A DNA stretch of 64,000 nucleotides from Eledone cirrhosa (taxonomy: Eukaryota), in assembly GCA_964016885.1 (NCBI GenBank), contig OZ024740.1, positions 44,268,001-44,332,000 of the forward strand, in the 5' to 3' direction. A program made the position numbers and the translations under genes. The notes under the pieces were generated by a model that saw nothing but the letters and a program-made list of their open reading frames with translations, searched no databases and was not told where the DNA came from. Shown one piece after another: positions 42,291 through 54,156 of this stretch; positions within the stretch are counted from its first letter, which is position 1, and the number at the start of each line of letters is the position of its first letter.

Positions 42291-43110
42291 TGCTAGCTGC
42301 AAAAGGCTTTTCCCTCAATATGAAAGGCAGACTGAATGATGCATGCATACGAACAGCAATGTTAAATGGTAGTGAGGCCTGGGCGTTGTGTGCAGAAGAC
42401 TTGCTTAGATTAGAAAGAAACGAAGCTTGCATGCTCCGATGGACGTGTAATAGTAGTATACGCAAATGGCAAAGTATAAACAAATTGAGAGAGAGACTGG
42501 GCATAAGAGGAATCAAATGCTGTGTGCAGGAGATGATATTACGTTGGTATGGACATGTGATGCGTATGAAGGATGACAGCTGCATTAAAAGGTGCAGAGC
42601 ACTAAAAGTTGATGGAAGCCTTGGAATGGGGAGACCCAAGAAGACCTGGGATGAGGTGATAAAAGCCGACCTTGCCCAATTGTACCTCTCAAAGGTGATG
42701 ACACAGGACTGAGACCTCTGGCATTATGCAGTAATACAGAAGACCCAACTTCCCATGGGTACAAGCCAAAGCTGAAGCATATAGACAGTATGCTACCACC
42801 CACCTCCCACTGTTAAGTGCTGGTATAGGTGTCACAACAAAAAAGCACCCAGTCTACACTGTAAAGTGGTCGTGTAAGCGTCATGGCAAAAGGCACCCAT
42901 GTAGGTGTCACAACAAAAGGCACCCAGTACTCACTGTAAATGAGGTTGGTGTTAGGAAGGGCATGAGCTGTAGAAATCAAGCCAAAATCAGTTCTGTATG
43001 AGCAAGACATAGTCACCTGACCTAGCATTTCCCACAACAGGACAACCCATCTAACTCATGCTAGTGTGGAAGGATGGACATAAAACAGTGATGATGATGA
43101 TGATGATGGT
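42291..43110 (+). mobile_element. 5'-truncated RTE copy (relative of the 54-58 kb element)
   Basis: LAAKGFSLNMKGRLNDACIRTAML...LRWYGHVMRM...GRPKKTW, then 3'UTR and (TGA)n tail. Confidence 0.9.
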
Positions 43111-44220
43111 GATATTATATTACTTCCTCAATCTCCAATCATATAAATTAACCATAACCCTCATCATAACCATCTCTGTACTGTCAGCCATCACACCATT
43201 TTGTCAAAGTCTCTTCTAGTAACTCTCTATCTCTCTCTCTCTCTAGCTCTCTCTCTCTCTTTCTTTCACTTCTCTTCACTCAACAACAAATATGTAGCCA
43301 CCATTGCCTTCTCCACAGTACACCCCTTCCATTATTGCATTCTATGCTTGCCAGAAGACATGACAACCTCTCTGGTGATGGTGCAATGAGAAAATGCACC
43401 CAGTACACTCTGTAAGTAGTTGGCATTAGAAAAGGTATCCTTCTGCTGAAAACATGCCAATAATGAAATGTATGAGCAAGACATGGCTCGTTGACCCAGT
43501 AAATGTTGGACTGTGACAAACCATCTGACTCATGTAACCTTGGAAAACAGATGCAAAATAATGTTGATTACAATGATGATGATGATCGTAATAACAGTGG
43601 TGGTGGTGGTGGTGGCTATGGTGATGGTGGTTGATGGTGGTGGGTGGTGATAATAATGGTTTCAGATTTAGGCACAAGGCCAGCAATTTTGGAGTAGAGG
43701 AAAGTCGATTAAATCGACCCCAGTACATTACTAGTACTTTATTTTATCGACCCCTTAAGAATAAAAGTCAAAGCTAACCTCAGCGGGATTTAAACTCAAA
43801 ACATAAAGGAATGTAACTCTATGCTGCAAAGCATGGTGTCCGACACTATCTATATTGCCAATCCACCTGTGGATGGTGATAATAATTGTTTCTACGTTTG
43901 GCACAAGGCCAGCAATTACCCAGTACATTACTGGTACTTTATTTTATCGACCCCGTAAGGATGAAAGGCAAAGTTAACCTCGGCGGGATTTGAACTCATA
44001 TCATAAAGTATAGTGGATGGTGATAATAATGATGGTAGAGATGGTGATGATGATGATGATGATGATGATATTGGTGGTGGTGTTGGTGATAATAATGATG
44101 ATGGTGGAGGTGGTAGTAGTAGTGATGATTATAATGGTTATAATGATGATCTATATGAAAATAAAAGTAAAACTTGCTTAATACTTACTTGTTTAAAACT
44201 GGTGTATTAGTACAAGACTA

Positions 44221-45991
44221 TTATTTTTGGACAATATTTCCTGTGTTTGACACAGCCATAGCTTCTTCAGTATTTGAAGTCATTTTTACTTCTTGGCTAT
44301 TAATTCTTGACATAGTTTCCATAGATTCACTTGAATGAAGTTCTCTGCTATTTGAACTTGCTATATTACCATTCTGCAAAGAACTCGAACAAGCTGTTTT
44401 GGTAACAGCTGACTGATCCAAAATTGAAGCAGATTGTGTTTGCCCTTGTGATAGTGTGTTATATTCTTTCGAAGCCATAACTGATTGTGTTTCTTGTTTC
44501 ATTGACTTCGTTTCCAGTGCTCCTGCCTCAAGCTGTTTACTATATGACATGGAACTACTTTCATCTCTACTTAAAAATGATTTTTCTTTTATCATTGCAG
44601 AAGAATCTGTAATACCTGTGGCTAAATGTTTTCCCATAGAGGTTTCTGTTAAATCAGATATGGCCTGAGATTTTTCAGAAAGTAAGTTAGCTTCATTAGT
44701 ATAAGAATAATGTGTTTTTTCCTTCATCATTGATTTAGATTCTGCTATAGCTTTCATAGATGCCTGCCTCTCTCTAGTTATAGAAGCCAGTAAATCACTT
44801 GTTTCTTCCATTTCAAAACTACTTTCTTTTGATGTTGAAATCGAATTTGACATGCTTCTAGTAAGAGAGTCACTAGATGATAGTGTTTCCTTGGAAACTG
44901 ATCTTAATGAGTTATTCATCCCTGTTATATCTGAAGCCATATAGTGGTCATCATCCATACTGAGTTCTCTTCTCTTGTCAATTCGTGAGGCTGTTGCTAG
45001 TTTCATGCTGTCATTTTTAAATGCAAAGCCTTCTTCACTTGTAAGTGATGATTGCCTCTCCATGGCAGATGTTAAGCTGGAACTATTTTTCATTCTTTCT
45101 GATGCACCACCCAGAAAACTTTTAGAGGAAGCTCCGATATACTTTCGGCTTTCTTGAACAGCAGCTCTGCTCTCTTCTAACAGTGACTTATAGTCTGTTG
45201 TTTTTGATTTCTGTATTGCAGAAGTCTCTTTAGAAGTAGCCATACTAGTTTTACTGCTTTGCTGACTTCCAATATAAGTATCCCTTGGTTTAGCTGAATA
45301 TGATCCCATGTCTTCAGAGAAACTTTTAGTTTGTCTGAAACTTTCAGCACTTCGTTGTTGCCTTCCAAAATCAGTTTGTTTAATGTCATCAGTGTAACTT
45401 TTAGTGTCCCTGGATTTAGGTATATATGATGCTACGTCATCAGAGAAACTTTTAGTGTGTCTTAAACTATCAGCACTTCGCTGTTGCCTTCCTATATCAG
45501 CCTGTTTTTTGTAGCTGTAATCTTCAGAACTTCTCTGTTTGTAACTAGAAGCAGATATCTTTGAATCTGTGTATGAACTCTGATGCTGGCTGTATTTAGA
45601 TATCCAATTGGAATTATACTCCATTTCTGATTCAGAAGTACTGTTAAGAGAAGACAAATTTCTAGACAGGGCTTTGGTATAGCTTGCACTGTCATATTTA
45701 TCATATGTTTTCTCCTTTGTTTTTATATTGCACAAATCTCCAGTCCAAGCATATTTTGTATTTTGTTTGATCTCAGCATAAGTTGGTAGTGTGAACTGCC
45801 TCTCAGGTAAATCATTTAATCCAGAGGCAATTGGACTCAAGCTTGGTGAAGACTCCTTTTGCTCTTCATAGTGTTTGGCAAAGTTTCTTAATTTCATACT
45901 CATAAATACATTTTCTTTTCGCATTTTTGTCATATCACTTGATAGTTGCAACCATTTGTGTTCCAAACAATCATCAACTGTCATACGATTT
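44221..45991 (-). CDS. unc-89: Obscurin/UNC-89-like terminal exon: kinase end plus ~540-aa Ser/Thr-rich tail
   Basis: Poly-T CAG acceptor at 45992-45994. G-NRMTVDDCLEHKWLQLSSDMTKMRKENVFMSMKLRNF completes the kinase. 587-aa open frame to TAA at 44221. Confidence 0.85.
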
Positions 45992-46285
45992 CTGAAAAAA
46001 AAAAGAAAACAGATATATAGTATAAAACATACAATTTTAATATTATCAGAAATTTCAGAATATCAAATTTTTTACCATTGATACAGCGTTTTTATTAACA
46101 ATACAACAACCAAAATGTATGTGTGTGTGTGTGTAAATATATATTTTTAATAACATCATTATATTATTTACTGCTGATGTTGATATTGATGATGATGATA
46201 ATGGTGATCTCACACCAACACAGACTAATAGATAGAGAGATAAAAAAGATATATGAGCACATATATATGTATGTGTGTATGTGTG

Positions 46286-46342
<57 letters not shown>

Positions 46343-46391
46343 CTTACGGGGTCGATAAAAAAATAGTACCAGTAATGCACTGGGTAATTGC

Positions 46392-46423
<32 letters not shown>

Positions 46424-48288
46424 TACATGTGTGTATATATATATACTTTCATTTAATTGAGTTTTGAAACAGAAAGCCCACTGTCACATCTTGGATTCTA
46501 ACTTGTTTTATATCTTTCAGAAATCTAGATATTTGAATTGTTTTACAAGTGTGTTATGCAAATAGTACAGGTGTCACGGAATCATCTGAGATTTCATTCT
46601 CTAGTCTTGTATAAATATCTCTTTCAGAAAACCACTAGATTTTTTTCATATAATTATTTACAGTCCTTATATAAATATTGATTCGATGCTTTCAGGTGTT
46701 TCACACATATAACTACTACATGCTGTCTATTGCAGATTTAAATGTAAAAGTTGACATCTTCCATAATGTTATTCAATAGTGAGTCAGAAATTTTATAACA
46801 TGTTCTCAAATATATTGGTAAATAATTTATAGGTTTCACTTTTAAATAATTTTTCTATTTCTTAATAATTGTGTCTACTGTTGCCACAGTTTGAAGGGAA
46901 GGGGAAAGTCGATTAAATTGCCCCCCAGTGCATTACTGATACTATATTCTATTGACCCTTTGAAGATGAAAAAATAATCTCGGTAAGATTCGAACTCAGA
47001 ATGTAAAGGGACATGAATATATGCCACAAAGTTTGTTGTCCAATGTTCTACCAATACTGCCAAACCACTGTCTTTCTATATCTTCCTAATAAAATGTGTG
47101 TTTCATACTGCCATGAGTTGAATTGGTTGTCATAGTCTGAGATTGGCATGGATTCTACAGCTAGATGACCTTCCTAATACCAATCACTTTACATGGGAAA
47201 CAAGGTGCATTTTATTATGTCACTACGGCTATCATTTTACATGGTGTACAGGGTACATTTTATCATAGCACAAGCACAACCCTATTGTAGAATATTCATA
47301 TTTCTCAATTGCTGTAAGTGTGCAAATGTACATATGTTTGTTTTCCTAAATTTAGTTCATATATATGGAAATTAATGCTTTACTTAATTCAGGTTATTAA
47401 TTGATACCTATGTTTTCCTAATCTATCAATGGTTGATAGGGATCATTTGCAGGACATTTTCAAATAAGATAACTTTCTGAATGCTATCTGAGTCTAGAAA
47501 AATCAACAGGCCAAGAAGACTATGAAAAGAGCATGTGGTGTCTGTCCTAATTAGAAAGCTAATCATAGCTATGATATAAGTTAAATGATAAACATTGATG
47601 TCTGTTGCCAAGACAAGGTGAGAGTGTATTAAAATTCATATAAAAAAGAGAAAACTCATTTAGAACAGACACCACATGCTTGAGGTTTGCTATCCAGCTC
47701 TTTTCTTTTCATGGTCTCCTTTCACCTTTTCTCCCTCTCTCCCCTGCTCTCCCTTTATTTTCCTTTCTTTTGGTGGCTTAGTTTAGGTAAGACGTCTTTT
47801 GCTTTTCTTGCTGGTCCATTTGCCTGTCTGTTCTGTCTGTTTTATCATACACACATCATCCCAGTAGAAGAATTTATTATTTTTCTATTGCACGATCCAG
47901 CCTTTTTATAATGGTACTCTTAATTAAATCGTGCAAAACCATTTTGCTGGTCTGAGAGCTGAAGAGAGCAAATATTTGTGTGGGAACTTCTCTTGTACAT
48001 TGCCATTCTTTATTTTTCTTTTCCCTGTGCCTCTCTCAAAATCTTCTGTGCTTCATCTGCTTATTGCCCACCTCATGGTTTGACTCTCTGCTAACCACTG
48101 GCTGCAGGTATATGTACTGAAGCATTTTTGCCCATCACTGTTTTTGACAGTATTTGGCTGTTTAGCAGTATTGAGGTTTCTCATTTTTATATGAATTTTA
48201 ATATACTCTTACCTCAACTCAACAAGAGACATCAATGTTCTTCATTTAACATACAGCAAGGATTTCTGAACTCAACATTTTAAACCAG

Positions 48289-48534
48289 TTAACCCATTTG
48301 ATACCGAATTGCCTAGATCTAGCAGGATTTATGGTATAAAACTACTCATTTTAAAATGTTTATCCCTTCATCATCATTTTATTTTTAAAGTATTTATCAA
48401 GTAATACTCTAAATATCATCTTACATTAGAAGTAGTTATCTGATTAAATTTTTCCAAACTTTGGTTTATTTTCAAAATTATTTGAAATGCATAAATATTG
48501 TATTTCATTAGAAATATGATAATGAAAAAGTTAA
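48289..48534. mobile_element. piggyBac-type (TTAA-flanked) MITE; other copies 48914-49174 and ~50340-50570
   Basis: TTAACCC... left end and ...AAAGGGTTAA-type right end; shared internal sequence TTTCATTAGAAATATGGTAA. Confidence 0.6.
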
Positions 48535-49387
48535 ATAATACATTGAGTTGCACAATGAAATTAACTGCTTGTTACAATTCCTGACAGAAAGAATCAAGTT
48601 CTAAACTCAGAAATCACATACATAGATCAGATACTATACAGCATGCTACCCACCTCTGTAGCAATTCTGGAATTTAGTTATTGGTTTTAAAACAATGAAA
48701 GGAAAAGTTGACTTTGGTGGGATTTGAACTCAGATTGCAGTGATCCAGAACAAATACCAAGGAATTTAATATGATGCTTTAATGACTACCATTTCAACAC
48801 CTAAAATGTCCTCAAACATCTAAGATGTTACTGAAAATCTTAGTCAAATTTCTATCAAAGTAGTTGAGAGAAATCAATCTAAATTCCCTATACATCAACA
48901 CCTTGTCTGTATTCTAACTCTTTTGAAATCAAACTACCTGAAATCACCCCCGATTCTATAATTCAAAACTATTTTTTTTATAATGTTTATATTTATCTAA
49001 ATGCTTTCTATCATAATATTATGTCAAAACCTTTCTTAATTTATGTTCCAAACACCAGATGAATATTTAGAAAGTTTATTATATACTAAATTCCTCCAAA
49101 TTCCTGATTATTGTCAATGATTTTAAAATTATAGGTATTTTCTTTCATTAGAAATATGGTAAGGAAAGGGTTAGCACTTTAGCGGTATTAAAAGTATACA
49201 ATTATAAACATTCTTCTTTCACAATAATATGAAAAAGCTCAACCCTGCAAAATAGATTTGATAACCAAACGAAAATAGATTTAAAACTGTACAAAAGTGT
49301 AGAAAATAAACTGATATACAAAAATGAAAATCTTTGACTCAAATTTTTAAAAAATTCTATTTAAGGATTATTAGAAAATATAATTAC

Positions 49388-49537
49388 CCAGGAATTCTTT
49401 TAATTGTCTTAGAAATAAATTTCAAAGCTTCTTTAGAAATATTTTCATACATGTTGCTTCCATCAAATCGATTGTATGCGATATTAGCCAGTGTCTCCTC
49501 AACAGTATTCCCAACAAAAGGAGTTTCTCCACTGAGC
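49388..49537 (-). CDS. unc-89: Obscurin/UNC-89-like kinase exon (subdomains IX-XI)
   Basis: TTTCTAG acceptor, GTAATT donor. LSGETPFVGNTVEETLANIAYNRFDGSNMYENISKEALKFISKTIKRIPG; phase 2/2. Confidence 0.88.
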
Positions 49538-50133
49538 CTAGAAAATCATATGCATAATTATGTTAGTCATAAGAAACTAATTTGATTACACTTCTCTATG
49601 GTACATTTCATCTATGAAAGAAAATATATTAAATACATATAGAAACAAAAACATTTAAAAATTTTAAAATTCTTAATCAAATTACTGATTCTGGTTTTTG
49701 AAAAAAACTCCTTTAAAACTAATATGTTATATATAATAGATTAAATTTAATCAACATATGAATAGAATTAGAATTATTTGTTGACAGAATAAAGTTTTAG
49801 ATTAAAAAAGTTTGAGAAATGTTTTAACTGTTGATGTTAGTGTCATCCCTGAAATATGGCAAAATATTCAAAAGTGAAAATATTATGAACTATCTTATTT
49901 ATTTTTGAATACACATAATATATCCCGAAAAACTTATACTTTAAGCCCAGGCATAGACATTTACATGAGAATCTACATCAAGTTATATAAAAAAAAAAAG
50001 CTCTCATTCATTTAATAAATAGAGATCAATAAAATATATAGCGAGACTAAGTATTCCAGTTTGTAACTGAAAGACTGAGACCAGGAAAAACAAAAATAAA
50101 GATAAGAAAATGAGGGAAAATATTTATACTAAC

Positions 50134-50209
50134 AGTAGCGTTACCATGACACCAACACCCCAGACATCAGCAGCAACACCAGCAGGTTCTCCAACAACAA
50201 CTTCAGGAG
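50134..50209 (-). CDS. unc-89: Obscurin/UNC-89-like kinase exon (SPE...DVWGVGV)
   Basis: TTTTAG acceptor, GTTAGT donor. SPEVVVGEPAGVAADVWGVGVMVTLL = kinase subdomains VIII-IX; phases fit both neighbours. Confidence 0.88.
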
Positions 50210-50778
50210 CTAAAATAACAAAATTGAAATAAATCTTCAAATAAATCTTATAGTTATTTATCCTAGCACATTTTACATTTTATTATACTTCAGTAATTAC
50301 AGTTTTGTTGTGTAGAACCAGGGGTGATTTTCATTGAAAATCAATCCCTGGTTCTACACAACAAAACTGTTTATTTTAAGGTATTTATATTTATCTAAAA
50401 CCTTCCATCATAATTTCATATAATAATCTTTGTTAGGTTATGTTCCAAACACCAACTTAATAACGAGAAACTTAGTTTTATCATTAAATCCCTCAAAATT
50501 GTTAGTTATTTTCAAAATAAACTAAAAAATATAGTGTCTTTCATTGGAAATATGGTAATGAAAGGGTTAAAGACAAAAAAGAAAGAAAAAGGGTTGAAGG
50601 GGGGAAGAGGCAAACTTTACAGCCTCATTTGAACAGTATATGTCGACTGTGCTTCATGGATAAAATGGTGAAAGTAATGCTGTGGAGATTAGGCAGCAGT
50701 AAAAGAATATTCTGGTGTTATCAATATGAACATTTGAAAATTTAAATGATTTATTAATTCATATATTTGTTTACTTAC

Positions 50779-51239
50779 ACATAAATTCTGGTGCTCCACA
50801 CTGAGGAACATGTTTCCCAATTGGAGTGACAATCTTCTGAGCTAAGCTGAAGTCTTTAAGTTTCAGTATAGGACACATTCTTCCCATTAAGATGTTTTCT
50901 GGTTGAATGTTCAGATGAATAATACACAAGAAGTGCAGATATTGTAAGGCATCTATTAGCTGAGTGATAATTCTTGCCACATCATCCTCGGTATAGCTAG
51001 ATCGAGATGACAAATGATCAATGATGTTCTCACTGTCAACATATTCAAAGATCACAGTGTGAATGTTGTTGAATAAGAAAGCTCCAATCACAGTTATGAT
51101 ATTTACATGCTGTACTGTCACCAGAAGATTGAATTCATTCATAATTTCATCTGTTAGTGTTTCATAGGGAGTTTGTCTGGCATAGTATAATTCCTGTGTT
51201 CTTTTACTTCGACACAGCTTCCATTGACAGAATGCACCT
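50779..51239 (-). CDS. unc-89: Obscurin/UNC-89-like C-terminal kinase domain, exon (subdomains I-VIII); gene continues beyond window end
   Basis: TTTTGCAG acceptor, GTAAGT donor. RGAFCQWKLC...QHVNII...YTEDDVARIITQLIDALQYLH...IIHLNIQPENILM...LKLKDFSLAQ...GAPEFM. HLNIQP matches invertebrate obscurin kinase 2 as I recall it. Confidence 0.85.
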
Positions 51240-51749
51240 CTGCAAAAATTGAAATTTAGTAAAAAGATCATAACTATTAATTGAAACAAATAAACACAAA
51301 AACACACACATACAAATAGCTAATTTACATAGTATCAGTCCGTTAGTCATTTTGTTTTCACTATAAGAAGCACCCAGTCGATACTATAAATGTAGTTGAC
51401 ATTAGGAAGGGCTTACATTCTTGAAACCAAGCAAGAAACAGTTCTGTATGAGCAAGAAAAGATCACCTGACCTGACTTACCTCAAATGAGACAACCCGTC
51501 TAACCCATGCTAGCGTGGAAAATGGACATTAAGCAATGACGATGATAAATACATTATTTATCCAAACTTTACGAGTCCAGCCAGTTAAGTGGCAGTGATG
51601 TTGCCCATACCTGGTACACGCTGTGAAGTGGTTCACATTAAGAAGTGGATCTAGCCATAGAAACCATGCCCTGATGGAATGTATGAGCCAGACACAGTCA
51701 ACTAACAACTCATGCAATCATGGAAAATAGATGTTAGATGGGGATATAT

Positions 51750-52353
51750 ATCATCATCATCACCATTTTATGTCCATTCTTCCACGCTAGCATGGGTTAG
51801 ACGGGTTGTCCTGTTGTGGTGCTTTTTTGCCATGGCACCTCCACGACCACTTTGCAGTGTGTGGGGGGGGGGCATATTGTCTATATGCTTCAGCTTCAGC
51901 TTGTTCCTGTGGGGTCTTCTGTATTACTGCGTGATGCCAGAGGTCACGGTCGTATGAGAGGTGCAATTGGGTAAGGTCGGCCTTTATCACCTCATCCCAG
52001 GTCTTCTTGGGTCTCCCCACTCTGTGGCTGCCATCGACTTCTAGTGCTCTGCACCTTTTTATGCAGCTGTCATCCTTCATACGCATCACATGTCCATACC
52101 AACGTAACCTCCTCTCCTACACACAGCATTTGATTCCTCTTATCCTCAGTCTCTCTCTCAATTCGTTTATACTTTGCCGTTCGCGTATATTACTATTACA
52201 CATCCATCGGAGCATGCAAGCTTTTGTTTCTTTCTAATCTGCGCAAGTCTTCTACAGACAGCACCCAGGTTTCACTTCCATGTAACATTGCTGTTCGTAT
52301 ACACGCATCATACAGTCTGCCTTTCATTTTGAGGGGAAAAGCCTTTTGCAGCT
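51750..52353 (-). mobile_element. 5'-truncated RTE copy
   Basis: AAKGF...LRWYGHVMRMKDDSCIKRCRALEVDG...GRPKKTW; (TGA)n tail at ~51750. Confidence 0.9.
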
Positions 52354-52758
52354 ATATATATATCATTTCATCATTTCATTTCATTTTACGTCCCCTTTTC
52401 CCTGCTTGCAAGGGTGGGATGGGAACTGATTCTGGCTTGATTTCTACAGCTGGATGCCCTTCCTAACACCAACCTCATTTACAGTGAGTGGTGGGTGCTT
52501 TTTTTCCGTGGTGCCTACACGTCCACTTTACAGTGTGGGCTGGGTGCTTTTTTTGCCGTGGCACCTACACGACCACTTTGCAGTGGAATGATAGGGACCC
52601 CAGTCCCTATAATCTCATTTCTACAGCTGAGTAAACTGGAGCAATGTGAAATAAAGTGTCTTGCTCAAGGAAACAACACATCACCCGGTCTGAGAATTGA
52701 ACTCACAACCTTTCGATTGCAAGCCCAATGCTTGCTCTAACCACTAAGCCATGTGCCT

Positions 52759-52833
<75 letters not shown>

Positions 52834-53134
52834 ATGAAGATAGGGAAGACCACAAATCAGAGTCGTACTTGATGGATGGTGGGATGCAGAGTGTGTGTAT
52901 TAATGAGGTTGAGATTCAACTGTGAGCTTAAGCAGTTTCAGCTTAAATCAACTGAGCTCACAATCGGATCTTCACCTTATTTATATATATATATACATAT
53001 TCATTTCATTAAGGCTAAATAGTGAGTCTGGTTACTCTTGAGTTTCACCTGCTTCCCTATTTAGCCTTAGTAAAATGAATACATAAACTCTACTTTGGTA
53101 TTGAGTAAACTTTTCTCTTGGCCATCAACCACAT

Positions 53135-53180
<46 letters not shown>

Positions 53181-53214
53181 CGTTTCTGAATTTGTTTAAC
53201 AATATTCTTTATCT

Positions 53215-54150
53215 GAAAACGTGTGTTGAAACCGATATTGTTATGCTTTGGGAGGGTCATGTTGCCAATAAGAAACACGCGCACCAGTTGCTTTCACTTC
53301 AATTTATTATAAATTAAATTTATAAATTTTAGAATTTATAAATTTCCGGTTGGTTGGTTGGGTCCACAACCAGACGATTGTTCATATATTGTCAAAGTTC
53401 TTTGGTCACACATTCTGTGACCTCTTCAGTGACTGGGGATTCTTTTCTTTGTTTTTGTGCCTCTCCTTTGTTCTGTGCTATGCCATCTTGTTTGTGTGTG
53501 TGTTGTGTGCTTAGTTTGTGCATGTGTTACATCCAGGTGTCTGTGTGTGTTTATATTTGTTTATTTACATGTTACTGGTTGGTTGTTTCTTCTATGTGTA
53601 TATGTGTTTTCATTTTGAGTTCATTTATGTTTATTGCCTCTGTGATTTGTCTAAACATTGCATCTTTTTTTTTTTTTTTTTTTTTACAGAGGCAATAAAC
53701 ATAAATGAACTCCAACCAAAATTAAATAGAAAACATGAATGGAATAGCAACATCACAACTTACAATTAAGGACAAAATGAAAACACACACACACATAGAA
53801 CAAACAACCAACCAGTAACATGTAAATAAACAAATAAATAAACAAATATAAACACACACAGACACCCGGGTGTAACACATGCGAAAACTAAGCATACAAC
53901 ACACACAAAAACAAGATGGCATAGGACACAACAAAGGAGAGGAACAAAAACAAAGAAAAGAATCCCCAGTCACTGAAGAGGTCACAGAATGTGTGACCAA
54001 TGAACTTTGACAATATATGAACAATCGTCTGGTTGTGGAACGAACCAACCAACCGGAAATTTATAAATTTAATTTATAATAAATTGAAGTGAAAGCAACT
54101 GGTGCATGTGTTTCTTATTGGCAACATGACCCTCCCAAAGCATAACAATA
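53215..54150. mobile_element. Inverted pair of heavily 5'-truncated PLE copies (~420-bp arms)
   Basis: 53237-53643 versus 53686-54150 inverted. Centre encodes DAMFRQITEAININEL (-) and TEAININELQPKLNRKHEWNSN (+), homologous to the PLE C-terminus at 19240-19400. Degenerate hammerhead gtca-CTGAAGA-ggtcac..gtgacc..tgac. Confidence 0.85.
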
Positions 54151-54156
54151 TATATA

